From a virus: a DNA stretch of 64,000 bases. Under the pieces are notes generated by a model, which searched no databases, was not told the origin of the DNA, and worked only from the letters and a program-made list of their open reading frames with translations. Location: IMG/VR virus record IMGVR_UViG_3300041955_000884, positions 43,198 to 107,197 of that record. One strand, given 5' to 3'. Below, piece after piece: positions 10,167 through 19,344 of the stretch (positions are counted from its first letter, which is position 1; the number at the start of each line of letters is the position of its first letter). The position numbers and the translations under genes are program-made.

Positions 10167-10715
10167 TCATGAGGCCCCCGTGAGCGCGAAGATGGAGAAG
10201 TTGGCGTTGTAGACCGTGACCTGGCTCCCGCCCTGCGTGGTGTCCTCGACGCGGAGGTCGTACCTGTCGCCGACAACGGCGCCATCTATGCCCACGATCG
10301 TGCTGGAGACGGCCTTGTTGGCCGTCAGGACATCCGTGGCCACGATGTGGTCCGGGATGGGGCTGTTGTTCTTGAAGATGCCGAACCGGATGCCGTCGGT
10401 GTTGTTGCAGGACCAATTCACCATGCACAGCGTCACGAAGGTGCCGGCGATGTTGACGAGAACGGAACCCGTGGCGAGGCTCGTCACCGCGTTGACCGGC
10501 GCCTGGTCCTGCGTCCAGCCGGCCGTCCATTGGTAATACGCGCTCGCCGTGGTCATCGTCAGCGAAGCGGTGTTCCCGTTGACGGTGATTTCGGCGAAGG
10601 CGAGCGTACCGGCGAGCTTGCCGGCCGTCGCCTGCACTGTGGTCGCGGAAGGCTCGCCAGCCGCTGAAACCGGCACGATGGTGATCAGGTCCTGCGGCTG
10701 CACATCGTACGCCAT
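10167..10715 (-). CDS. Probable structural protein (beta-rich)
   Basis: Thr/Val/Ala-rich ORF in the virion operon. Confidence 0.5.
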   Translation of the reverse strand: MAYDVQPQDLITIVPVSAAGEPSATTVQATAGKLAGTLAFAEITVNGNTASLTMTTASAYYQWTAGWTQDQAPVNAVTSLATGSVLVNIAGTFVTLCMVNWSCNNTDGIRFGIFKNNSPIPDHIVATDVLTANKAVSSTIVGIDGAVVGDRYDLRVEDTTQGGSQVTVYNANFSIFALTGAS

Positions 10716-10717
10716 GG

Positions 10718-11215
10718 CTACCGCCCATCGGTTTCCATGGTTGGGCGCGCCTCTGCGACGTACTGCGCGAGACCGGCGTCCCAGACGAGGACGGTCCCGT
10801 CGGGCGCGGTGATGCGGAGCAGGTTGCCCGTTGGCTCGGGGCCAAGCGGGATCTCCGGTTCCGTCGCCGGCACGGGCGCGGCCTTATCGAACGCGAAGTA
10901 GACGACGTTGGATGGCTCGTCTGGTTTCGGCTCTGCGGCAGCGCGCTGCGGACGCAGGCTTTCCTCCTCGAGGGCGCGAATCTGCGCCTCGGAACTCTTT
11001 ACGTACTGCGTGACGAAGCTCGGCGTGTTACGGAGCGTCTCGTCGCGGGCCGGTTGCGCTGCGGCGAGCACGGCAGGCGCCGCGGCCTCATCCTCGGCCC
11101 AGACATCGACCATGTGCGCGCCAGGAACGACCTTGTCGCTGCACAGCACCTCGTCGCCGGCCTCGATGAGGCGGCCGTCGTGGAAGCCGCGCTTCGTCCA
11201 GCGGTAGAGCCTCAC
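10718..11215 (-). CDS. Hypothetical protein in the head operon
   Basis: Coupled to neighbouring genes; shares a peptide motif with 14364..15035. Confidence 0.6.
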   Translation of the reverse strand: MRLYRWTKRGFHDGRLIEAGDEVLCSDKVVPGAHMVDVWAEDEAAAPAVLAAAQPARDETLRNTPSFVTQYVKSSEAQIRALEEESLRPQRAAAEPKPDEPSNVVYFAFDKAAPVPATEPEIPLGPEPTGNLLRITAPDGTVLVWDAGLAQYVAEARPTMETDGR

Positions 11216-11463
11216 TGGCCGGTCTCCATCATCGCTCGGACGTGCCCGACCGGAGACAAAACGAAACCGCCGAGGCGCTCGGCGCCGTACCCAGCCGCGA
11301 TTAGCTCGGCCTTCATCTCGGCTGTCATTACCGGCTGAAGCAGCTTGTTCACACCCATCTGACGCAGCGCGGCGGTCGTGGCGTCGGAAAGCGGCGTCTG
11401 GAGCTTCTGGCGGCTCGCCGGGGCGAGGCGGTCAACGATGAGGGCCGACAGCGCGGAAGGCAT
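11212..11463 (-). CDS. Hypothetical protein
   Basis: Stop/start overlaps on both sides. Confidence 0.55.
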   Translation of the reverse strand: MPSALSALIVDRLAPASRQKLQTPLSDATTAALRQMGVNKLLQPVMTAEMKAELIAAGYGAERLGGFVLSPVGHVRAMMETGQ

Positions 11464-11801
11464 TACTCCTCCTCGCCGTCGGGCGCTTCCTCAGTGGTCT
11501 CGTCCTCGATACTCAGGTCCGTGATTGCGAGTTCCAGGCATTCCTCGCGGCCGGCACCCGTCGCGTTCTGCTTGATGCCCGTCACTTTGGCGAGGCCGGA
11601 GATATGGATGGTGTCGCCGATGGCCACGTCCTCGTCGAGCTCGATGTTGAGCTTGTCGAGCTCCGTTTCGGTAAGCCGGATGCAGAGGCCGTAGGGGACG
11701 TCAGGCATGGACGAGAGGGCCGGGGGCATCTCGTTTTTCAGCCGCTCCTGCGCCTTCTCGGCGTCAGAACGCTCCATCGAAACCATTTTCCTAAAGGACA
11801 T
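11463..11801 (-). CDS. Capsid staple-like small virion protein
   Basis: PYGLCIRLTETELDKL...IGDTIHISGLAKV motif. Confidence 0.6.
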   Translation of the reverse strand: MSFRKMVSMERSDAEKAQERLKNEMPPALSSMPDVPYGLCIRLTETELDKLNIELDEDVAIGDTIHISGLAKVTGIKQNATGAGREECLELAITDLSIEDETTEEAPDGEEE

Positions 11802-12448
11802 CAGCTCACCCCGTCGTGCGAAATGAGATAGGCCTTCGCCGCGTCAAGGAGCGCGACGCTGTCCTGAAGTGCACCGAGGCCGGAGTTGCACTGGCGACAA
11901 AGGATGCCGCGGACCTTTCCCGTCCGGTGGCTGTGATCAACGCATGTGTGGCGCGAGGAGCGCTCAAGGTTGCCTTTGCATACCGCGCATCTGCCGCCCT
12001 GGGCATCAAACAGGGCATGGAAGGCATCTGGCGTAATGCCGTACTTCGCTGTGCGGCGCTTCAACTGGTTGCGTTCAGCATTCTGCTCATTAGCTTCTGC
12101 CGTCCGCGCGGCCGCACAAGGCTTGCATACGTTCAGCCTGCCGAACTTGAAGCCCGCTGACTTGTGATAGTCGGTGAGCGGCTTTTCGATGCGGCACCGG
12201 GTGCAAACCCTGGCTAGCCCGGCAATCTCCGGGGCCTCATCGTCGTGCGTCTCGTACCGGTTGTAACCAGGCCGCGCGGCTCGGCGGTCTTTGCCATATT
12301 TCGCCTCGCACAATCGGCACCACGAACGTAGTCCGCTCTTCGTCCCGGAGGAGCGCGCGAATACCGCGACCGGTAACTCGACGCGGCAATGGCCGCAGAC
12401 CTTCGTCTGCGCGGGGAATTCCAGGACCTGGGCGGTAGCTTGCGACAT
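11801..12448 (-). CDS. Endonuclease VII-domain homing endonuclease
   Basis: QGGRCAVC...VDHSHRTGKVRGILCRQCNSGLG; leaderless promoter TTGACG-N17-TAGTTT just upstream. Confidence 0.85.
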   Translation of the reverse strand: MSQATAQVLEFPAQTKVCGHCRVELPVAVFARSSGTKSGLRSWCRLCEAKYGKDRRAARPGYNRYETHDDEAPEIAGLARVCTRCRIEKPLTDYHKSAGFKFGRLNVCKPCAAARTAEANEQNAERNQLKRRTAKYGITPDAFHALFDAQGGRCAVCKGNLERSSRHTCVDHSHRTGKVRGILCRQCNSGLGALQDSVALLDAAKAYLISHDGVS

Positions 12449-12496
12449 GCGCGAAACTATCCTAATTTGGCAAGGACGTCAACGCCTTAGCTGGCG

Positions 12497-13021
12497 TCAG
12501 CCGTTCTTCTCGCGCGGTGGCTCGGTGCCGCCCTTGCCCTCGGGCTTCTCGGTGATGCCTCCGGTCGGGCCCGTGCCGCTCTCGCCGCCGAAGTGGCGCT
12601 CGTGCATTTCGCGATGCTCGCCCTCGTGACGGGTGTGCATCCGCTGCAGCTCCTTGTGGTGGCGCTCGGCCATCGCCTGGTGCGTCTCGTGGTGGTGGCC
12701 AGCCTCGCGCATGGAATGCTCGTGCTGGTGGCGCACGTGCATTTCGTGCCGCTCGTGCGCATGACGGGCGTGCATCTGGTTGCGCTCGTGGGCGTGGTGG
12801 TGGGTCTCAACCCCAGCGGTTCCGGCCATCACATCTCCTTTGGCGTTGCCGCCTTCCTTCATGGTTCCTTCGGCCCGCGGCGGCTTCGCGGCAGCGGCCG
12901 CGGCCTCAGCCTCGTGGCCGGACTTGTTGGTGTCGCCCTCGCCAGCGACGGCCTTTTCCTTGATGCGCGGCGACTTGCCGTAGAGCTTGCCGGCGCCCTT
13001 CTTCGTCTTCTCTTCGGCCAT
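12497..13021 (-). CDS. Histidine-rich protein
   Basis: Repeated MHxRH/HxHE units; ATG at 13021 overlaps the upstream stop. Confidence 0.7.
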   Translation of the reverse strand: MAEEKTKKGAGKLYGKSPRIKEKAVAGEGDTNKSGHEAEAAAAAAKPPRAEGTMKEGGNAKGDVMAGTAGVETHHHAHERNQMHARHAHERHEMHVRHQHEHSMREAGHHHETHQAMAERHHKELQRMHTRHEGEHREMHERHFGGESGTGPTGGITEKPEGKGGTEPPREKNG

Positions 13022-13362
13022 CAGTCCCTCCCAACCGTCTTCGGACGGTAGAGCTTCGAGGCCCGCGACTTCTCTTTGCTGCCGCCGATGGGCGGCTCCC
13101 CGAGCTCTTTCGCGCGCTTGTTGATCCACGCGCGGGCGGGCCCGGGATTCTTGGCGCGCCCGATATCGTGCTTGGCATTCGCGAGGTCGGAGGCGTTCCT
13201 GATGGGGAAGCGGCCGCCAGGCATCGACTCGCCCTTGGACTCCGCCTCGCGACGGGCATTCGCGCTCACGCTGCCGGATTCGGTCCGGAAGGAGTGCGTG
13301 CCCTCACCCAGACCGTGGGAGTGCTTCTTCACGACGGTGCTCAGCTTGCGCTTCTCAGCCAC
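13021..13362 (-). CDS. Small basic head-operon protein (DUF6582-like)
   Basis: GGRFPIRNASDLANA motif. Confidence 0.6.
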   Translation of the reverse strand: MAEKRKLSTVVKKHSHGLGEGTHSFRTESGSVSANARREAESKGESMPGGRFPIRNASDLANAKHDIGRAKNPGPARAWINKRAKELGEPPIGGSKEKSRASKLYRPKTVGRD

Positions 13363-13552
13363 GGGCGATGCCTTTCGCCTTGTAGAGACGCGATGCGCGG
13401 GACTTCGCTGGCTTCGGCGCCTTGGCCGGCAGCTTGCCGCCCTGGTCCGCGGCCATGAACTCCTTGCCGACGGACGGCGGGATTCCGAGCTTGGACTTCC
13501 CTTCCATCGCGCTGGCCATCGCGGCTCGCTGTGCGGTTGACACCGGAGGCAT
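13355..13552 (-). CDS. Small basic head-operon protein
   Basis: MPPVSTAQRAAM...LGIPPSVGKEF; ATG overlaps the upstream stop. Confidence 0.65.
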   Translation of the reverse strand: MPPVSTAQRAAMASAMEGKSKLGIPPSVGKEFMAADQGGKLPAKAPKPAKSRASRLYKAKGIARG

Positions 13553-14352
13553 CAGTTCATCGCATCCACGGTCATGAGGTTGAACGTGCTCGAGGTCGTC
13601 GCCGCCGTGTTGTTGCACGTCACGGAGATGTACAGGGCCGACGTGGTCGTGCCCGTCGTGACGGACGGCGCCGTCATGCCGGAATGCGCCGATCCGGCGA
13701 TGGCGCCGTTCGACGTGACGATCTGCCCCGGGCCGCCCGTGTTGAAGACGTTCCCGGACACGTACCAGCCGCCGCTGTTGCTCGTTGTCGTTCCGGTGTC
13801 GGCCATGACGGTGCCGCCGGAGATGGTGGCCCCGGCGGTCTGTGCATTCGGCGAGAAGAACATCTTCACGCGCTTCGCGGTCGCGTCGGCCGAAAAGCTG
13901 CCCCAAGCCTGGGCCGTGATCATCCGGTTCGTGATATCCAGCGAGTTGGCGGGGATGACGTAGACGGCCACCACGATATCGGCGCCGATGAAGGCGGGAT
14001 TGATGCCCGTAGTGCCCTGGCGGAAGATGTTGCCCGCAGCGCTGGCGACAGCGGCGCCGGAGCCGAACTGCGCGCCCTCCGTGTTCGGGTTCGTGCCGCC
14101 GTTGGCGTAGTCGGCCCCGGTGAATACCCACTTTGCGGCCCCGACGGCATTGTCGTGGCATGTCCACCAGCGCAGCGCGCCGGCAGACGTATTGCACCAC
14201 TGGGAGCCGACCTGGTAGTTCTGGGTGCTGTCGTTGGCGGTCGTCGGGTCCGTCGTCTGGTTAAAGGTGTCCAGGACGAGAACCTCAGCCGCGGTGGGCT
14301 GCGTGCCCGCCGACTGCGGATAGACGATCCTTGCCTGGCCGAGAAGCGCCAT
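13552..14352 (-). CDS. Probable virion structural protein
   Basis: Thr/Gly/Ala-rich; DPTTANDSTQNYQVGSQW motif; in the head operon. Confidence 0.6.
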   Translation of the reverse strand: MALLGQARIVYPQSAGTQPTAAEVLVLDTFNQTTDPTTANDSTQNYQVGSQWCNTSAGALRWWTCHDNAVGAAKWVFTGADYANGGTNPNTEGAQFGSGAAVASAAGNIFRQGTTGINPAFIGADIVVAVYVIPANSLDITNRMITAQAWGSFSADATAKRVKMFFSPNAQTAGATISGGTVMADTGTTTSNSGGWYVSGNVFNTGGPGQIVTSNGAIAGSAHSGMTAPSVTTGTTTSALYISVTCNNTAATTSSTFNLMTVDAMN

Positions 14353-14363
14353 TCAATCCGTCC

Positions 14364-15035
14364 TCAGGCCACCCGGCGCTCGCCGGCGGATGGCGACAGC
14401 TCGCCTTCACGCGGTGCGCGCGGTGCGGCGGTCGGCCGGTTTGCTTCGGGCCCAGTCTGCGGTGCGGCAGGCACGGCCATGGCCTTGCGCTGCTTCGGCT
14501 GGCCGCGGCGCTCGGCGGCTTGCGCCTCCGGCAGGTGCGGCATCGCCGGCACGTTGTTCAGTGGCACCGGCATCTTGATTTCCTGCGGGGCCGCATTGGC
14601 CAGCGCCTTGGCGTCTTCCAGAGCGCGGTCGAGAAGCACGCCGCGGTCGGTCATCAGGCCGAGGAATTCGCGGCCGCGAAGGGCGGCGACGTTGCGGGCG
14701 CCGATGGAGAGGCGCTGGAGATGAACCCCCATGGCGCGCTTCGCCGGCTCGTTCTGCGGCACCATCGACGTGTCAGGCTCCTCGGTGTAGTCGAGGGTCA
14801 TGCCGGCCGGGAAGTAGGTGTTGTCGAGGAAAACCGGCTCGTTGAGGAAGTAACGCGGGAGTTCGCCCTGAGGAACGGCGGCAGTGCGCTGCTCCAGCGC
14901 GGCGAGGCGCTGGCGGAGATCCTCGTTCTCGCGAGCGAGGAGTTGCGTCTCGGTGTCCTTCGAGTGCTGCGTCACAAAGCTCGGCGTGTTGCGGGCCGTC
15001 TCGTCGCGCTGGTCTGCGGTCATGTTCAAGGCCAT
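14364..15035 (-). CDS. Hypothetical head-operon protein
   Basis: Clean ORF between the cement gene and the next structural gene. Confidence 0.65.
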   Translation of the reverse strand: MALNMTADQRDETARNTPSFVTQHSKDTETQLLARENEDLRQRLAALEQRTAAVPQGELPRYFLNEPVFLDNTYFPAGMTLDYTEEPDTSMVPQNEPAKRAMGVHLQRLSIGARNVAALRGREFLGLMTDRGVLLDRALEDAKALANAAPQEIKMPVPLNNVPAMPHLPEAQAAERRGQPKQRKAMAVPAAPQTGPEANRPTAAPRAPREGELSPSAGERRVA

Positions 15036-15047
15036 GGGTCAGATACC

Positions 15048-15584
15048 TCAGGAGACCGAGAACCCGGCCGCGTATTGGCCGAGTGTGCCAGCGCTTTCCT
15101 CGGCGGCAAGGACGATGCCGGCCAGGACGGTGCCCGTTGACAGGCCGGCCGTGCCCGCGTTCGCCGAGAGAACCATGTTGAGCTGATAGTAGAGCGGAAG
15201 CGCCACGAGCTGCGCCGAGCTCGATGCCGAGCTTACGGGCCGCGACGGGACATCGAAGGTGTACTGCGTGCCCGCTCCCCAGCTCGCCGTGGTGGACGCC
15301 CCGGTCTCGTAGTAGGTCGTCCAGTGGCTGGAGTCCGTCGAGCCCTGGAACTGGACGTTGACGGCGAGGGTAGCCGACGAGGACGTGAACGCAGTCCCGA
15401 CGACCATCCGAACCTGCGGGATTTCCTGGCCCGGGCCGATGCCGAGGTCGCGGGCATTGCCAAGGTTGATGACAGTGCTCGCCGAGCTCGTGGCGAGGCC
15501 CACCATCGTGGCGAACTCGCCCGACGTGAAGGCATAGGTGCCGCTATTGTGCCAGAAGAGCAGCGTGCTGTCGAAAAGTGCCAT
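15048..15584 (-). CDS. Capsid cement/decoration protein (Bbp16-like)
   Basis: STVINLGNARDLGIG...LAVNVQFQGSTD; directly after the capsid gene. Confidence 0.75.
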   Translation of the reverse strand: MALFDSTLLFWHNSGTYAFTSGEFATMVGLATSSASTVINLGNARDLGIGPGQEIPQVRMVVGTAFTSSSATLAVNVQFQGSTDSSHWTTYYETGASTTASWGAGTQYTFDVPSRPVSSASSSAQLVALPLYYQLNMVLSANAGTAGLSTGTVLAGIVLAAEESAGTLGQYAAGFSVS

Positions 15585-15611
15585 GGGGTGTTCTCTCTCG
15601 CTACTCGGCGT

Positions 15612-16655
15612 TCAGGACAGGGTGCTCTCGGTGGTGAGCAGGGCGTCAACCACGCGGATGGGAATGCCGCGGAATTCCACGACAGGCTGGCCGGCGTACT
15701 CGGTCGGCCGCAGCAGCACGTTCTTGTCACGAATCGCTTGGATATCGAGCGATTCGCGCACGGTGCGGTTGCAGTAGAAGGCCGGATTGATGCCCGGAGC
15801 CGGCTCGTCCGGTGCGTCCGTCTCGATGATGCCGGAGGCCCGCTTCGTCAGTGTCGGGAAGCGGATGACAGCCTTCGACATGAGCAGGAACAGGTCCGGC
15901 GGCGTCGTGCCGAACAGGCCGACTGCAGCCGTGGTCGTGTCGATGTTCGCGATGCGGACGGCGAAGCGCCAGTCCTTCGTCACCAGGCCGGCGTTCCATT
16001 CGAAGTAGCTGGTGTACGCCGGGAACGGGTTGTTGGAAACATCGTAGCCCGGGACGATGTCGCCACGGTCCTCGAAGACGAGGCCTGCCTTCGTGCCCTT
16101 CGGGTAGATGCCGAAGTTGGTTAAGTCGCCCCAGCCGACCATCCAGAGGCTGGCGTTGGACGAGGCCGTGCCACCGGCGTTGATGGTGTTCTGGGCGTTC
16201 GTCGCGTTCGCGGTGCTGATGGTGTTGTAGCGCGGCGAGAAGCCGGTGAACTGGCTCGGCGTGGTGGCTGCGTTGCCGTACCAGAAGGTAGTCGCCATCT
16301 GCTGGCTCATGCCTTCCAGGAAGGCCGAGTCCTCGGTGAGCCGGATCTGCGCCACCTTGCCGCCTAGCTCGGCGACGCGCTTGTCAAGTTGGCTGTAGGC
16401 GGCCAGGAAGCCCAGCGTGTCCACGACCTGCGCGGTGGTCGAACGGGCGTACGGCACGCCAGCGTAGGCGACGCGCCAAGTGCCAGACGGCAGCCCGGTG
16501 CGGACCGTGCTCTTGTGGCCGGTGTCGAGGTTCGACTCTGCCCAGGTCATGTCCTGGAAGAACTCGTTCGCCTGGCTGAGGAGCTCGGCGATGGTGTCGA
16601 TCTCACCGTCGGGGTCGAGCCGGCGTGCGGCGTCCATGAGGGAGAGGAATGCCAT
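15612..16655 (-). CDS. Major capsid protein (BPP-1 Bbp17-like)
   Basis: VRTGLPSGTWR, AFLEGMSQQMA, WRFAVRIANID, FRGIPIRVVDAL. Confidence 0.92.
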   Translation of the reverse strand: MAFLSLMDAARRLDPDGEIDTIAELLSQANEFFQDMTWAESNLDTGHKSTVRTGLPSGTWRVAYAGVPYARSTTAQVVDTLGFLAAYSQLDKRVAELGGKVAQIRLTEDSAFLEGMSQQMATTFWYGNAATTPSQFTGFSPRYNTISTANATNAQNTINAGGTASSNASLWMVGWGDLTNFGIYPKGTKAGLVFEDRGDIVPGYDVSNNPFPAYTSYFEWNAGLVTKDWRFAVRIANIDTTTAAVGLFGTTPPDLFLLMSKAVIRFPTLTKRASGIIETDAPDEPAPGINPAFYCNRTVRESLDIQAIRDKNVLLRPTEYAGQPVVEFRGIPIRVVDALLTTESTLS

Positions 16656-17554
16656 CAGGCAGCTCCTTGATTCGTGCCAGTGTTGCGGTAGAGACGCGCG
16701 GCCCTGCTGGCGCCAGGCACGGGCGCGCGCGGCATCATCGGCGTGACGACGCGGGCGGTTTCGGTCAGGCGGCTCGCGGCCCAGTTGACGAAGCGGAGGA
16801 CCTCGAGGTGGTTGCCGGCGCCCGTCATCGTGAAGACATCACGGAGGGCGGAAAGGCGGTCGGGGCCGACCTGGGAACCGTAGAGGTCCATCAGGCCGCC
16901 CATACGGGTGAGGGTGGTCTCTTGGCGGTTGCGGCCGAGCTGCGGGTCGTTGCGGAAGGCTGTCTGCCATTCCTCCTGCGTCCGCTCCCACGTCTCCTTC
17001 TGGAGGCGAGTGAAGCGGTCGGCGTCCTCGCGGGCCTGGGTGACGTAGAGGTCGGCGAGCTTCTGGCGAAGGTCCGCGAAGGCGGCGTGCATCTCGGCCG
17101 GATTGCTGAGGGCGCGAAGCTCCTGCTCAGCCACGAGGTCATCGAAGGCCGTCACCTTCGCGTCGTCGAACTTCACGCCGTCGGGGAGCTTGAGGGCCTC
17201 ATAGACGGGCTTCGCCGGAGGTTCGGGCTTGGCGGCTTCCGCGGGCTTCTCGGCTTCGGCTGGCTTGGCGTCGGCGACTGGCTCCGCAGGCTTCTCGGCG
17301 GCGGGAGCCTCGGCGGGCGCTGGCTCGGCTGGCTTCTCGCCCTGGGCGCCGCTCAGTATGCTCTGTGGCGCCTCAGCGGCCGGCGCGGCTTCAGAAGAAG
17401 CCGCCGGCGCCGCGTCAGCCGCAGGCGCCGGCGCAGGTGCGTCCGCCGTAGGTCCCAGCACAGTGGCAGCGGACGGGGAGGATGGAGCGGCGGCTGGCGC
17501 GGCAGCAGCCGGAGCTACGGGGGCGGCGGAAGCCGCAGCGACTTCGTCAGTCAC
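16655..17554 (-). CDS. Scaffolding protein
   Basis: Ala/Pro/Glu-rich N-terminus; TGAGNHLEVLRF motif; immediately upstream of the capsid gene. Confidence 0.8.
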   Translation of the reverse strand: MTDEVAAASAAPVAPAAAAPAAAPSSPSAATVLGPTADAPAPAPAADAAPAASSEAAPAAEAPQSILSGAQGEKPAEPAPAEAPAAEKPAEPVADAKPAEAEKPAEAAKPEPPAKPVYEALKLPDGVKFDDAKVTAFDDLVAEQELRALSNPAEMHAAFADLRQKLADLYVTQAREDADRFTRLQKETWERTQEEWQTAFRNDPQLGRNRQETTLTRMGGLMDLYGSQVGPDRLSALRDVFTMTGAGNHLEVLRFVNWAASRLTETARVVTPMMPRAPVPGASRAARLYRNTGTNQGAA

Positions 17555-17885
17555 GGTCGTTCTCGCGAACCATGCGGCCGAAATCCTCCGGGTTCACCTT
17601 GGCGAAGCGGCGCATGGCCTGGAGGCCCGCTTCACGCTCGCCAGCGAAAAATCCGTTCTCGTAGTCGGAACCCGACATAGCCACCCGTTGTTCGAAGACA
17701 TGCAGCCGCTGAAGAAAGCCCCAAAGCCATTCACGTCCTCCGGGGGTCCCGAGAAGCGCCTCTTCAACCTGGCGCAGCCGGTCCTCACGAAGGCTGGCTT
17801 CCGCTTTCCGCTTCCGCTCGCCCTCAGGATCGGCGTGGTCGTAATCGCCGGGTTCGGGAGCGCTTGGCAGCGTTGGCTCGGCCAT
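17547..17885 (-). CDS. Bbp19-like head protein
   Basis: LLGTPGGREWLW...FFAGEREAGL motif. Confidence 0.7.
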   Translation of the reverse strand: MAEPTLPSAPEPGDYDHADPEGERKRKAEASLREDRLRQVEEALLGTPGGREWLWGFLQRLHVFEQRVAMSGSDYENGFFAGEREAGLQAMRRFAKVNPEDFGRMVRENDRD

Positions 17886-17992
17886 GGCTGGTAAAAATGT
17901 CCGGCAAATGCCGCAAGAACAAGGATAACCGCGAGTTTCTTGCATTTCTTCGCCCACTTGCGCACGACGGATGAACGCGGCATACTGCGCGC

Positions 17993-18181
17993 ATGAGTTC
18001 AACCGCATCTCTCGTGTCGAATCGGCTGACGGTGTGCGTGAGCAGCCGACACCGCGAGTTCATCCTGGCCGGAGTTCAGCGCTATCGGCTGAACACGTCG
18101 GAGTACGTCCGGCGGCTACTCGACATCGTCATGGACGAGGTGGAGCGGAACCATGGGCATCTGCCGCAGGTGCCGCGGTGA
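17993..18181 (+). CDS. Small ribbon-helix-helix-like DNA-binding protein
   Basis: RLTVCVS...NTSEYVRRLLD; leaderless promoter TTGCGC-N17-CATACT at 17958..17986. Confidence 0.55.
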   Translation: MSSTASLVSNRLTVCVSSRHREFILAGVQRYRLNTSEYVRRLLDIVMDEVERNHGHLPQVPR

Positions 18182-18675
18182 GCGAGCCGACGGATATGGA
18201 ATTTCGGGCGAGCGGCTACACTGCCGCTGCGAGGCAGTTCCCGCTTTCCGACGCGGCGAAGGAATGGCTGGCGCGCTTTAACGGCGTCGCTGTCGAGCGG
18301 ATGCCAGCGGCATGGCACTACGCACCGAACGAATACATGCGAGCAGAAATGGAATCGCGAGCCGCGGCCCTTGACGAGCGGAATAATCCACGCTATCGGA
18401 CGAGGACAGCACAGAGGATGATGGAAATGCCGCACCTGTTCGCCGGAGAACCGGACGACCGCCAGTCGGAGAGCGCCGAGGCCTCGATGAGCCGTTTCCG
18501 ACCGCGCTACCGCAAACTGACTGACGCGGAAGTCGTGCTCCACGATGAGCTGAAGACGAAGGCGACCGAGCTCGAGGCGCTGTTCGACAAGGTCGCGCCG
18601 GGGCGCTATCGCTCGTTGGCCTACACGGCCCTGGAAGAAGCGATCATGTGGGCCGTGAAGCAGTTGACGGCCTGA
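18178..18675 (+). CDS. Protein with a C-terminal Acb2/Tad1-like helical hairpin (anti-defence nucleotide sponge); may start at 18418-18427
   Basis: YRKLTDAE...LKTKATELEALF...GRYRSLAYTALEEAIMWAVK. Confidence 0.6.
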   Translation: MSEPTDMEFRASGYTAAARQFPLSDAAKEWLARFNGVAVERMPAAWHYAPNEYMRAEMESRAAALDERNNPRYRTRTAQRMMEMPHLFAGEPDDRQSESAEASMSRFRPRYRKLTDAEVVLHDELKTKATELEALFDKVAPGRYRSLAYTALEEAIMWAVKQLTA

Positions 18676-18941
18676 TGAGCGATGACTCAGACTACACCGA
18701 CGCCGACCGCAAGCGCGACAATGCCATCGCGGAGAAGGCCTTCGACGCCGCCATCGACGGCGCCGAGGACGAAATCGGCGTCATCTACGCGCTGTTCCAC
18801 TGCTGCCTGGCAGCGCTGACGGAGTGCGAGTGGCCGCTGGACCAGTTGATGCGGGATATCGTGTACCATGCGGATGTCGCCGAGGAGGACCGGGAGGAGC
18901 AAGCGGCGCCGGTCAGCCACCACGAACCGGGGCACGCGTGA
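18675..18941 (+). CDS. Hypothetical acidic protein
   Basis: TGATG coupling on both sides. Confidence 0.55.
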   Translation: MSDDSDYTDADRKRDNAIAEKAFDAAIDGAEDEIGVIYALFHCCLAALTECEWPLDQLMRDIVYHADVAEEDREEQAAPVSHHEPGHA

Positions 18942-19306
18942 TGGGCGATCTCCTCTTGAAGGCCATCGCGGCGTGGAACGACGAATACTTTCGCTGGGAT
19001 TGGGAGTTCAACCAAGGTCGTTCCACATCTGTAGCGATGCGTTTCGATCGACGGGGGAATTATCTCCCCGTGCGTGTCGAGCCTCTGCCGGTTGCGGAAA
19101 ATCAGGACGAAGACGATGCCTTTGCGATCTTCCGCGATGCCAAGGCCGCACGCGCGTTCTTGGCGGCTCTTCGGGAGCCGACTCAGGCGATGCTCGATTC
19201 CTGCTATGGCGTCACGCGCGCGCCGGACGGCAGCGTCGCCGAACTTCTTCCCGAGGCGCTGGTCGCGCAGATATGGCGCGCGATGATTGACAAGGCGCTG
19301 GAATGA
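18941..19306 (+). CDS. Hypothetical protein
   Basis: TGATG coupling; ALREPTQAML...WRAMIDKAL motif also seen in 60193..60459. Confidence 0.6.
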   Translation: MGDLLLKAIAAWNDEYFRWDWEFNQGRSTSVAMRFDRRGNYLPVRVEPLPVAENQDEDDAFAIFRDAKAARAFLAALREPTQAMLDSCYGVTRAPDGSVAELLPEALVAQIWRAMIDKALE

Positions 19307-19344
19307 ACGCCGCCTGAAAAACCAACAAATCCAAGGAGATCCCA

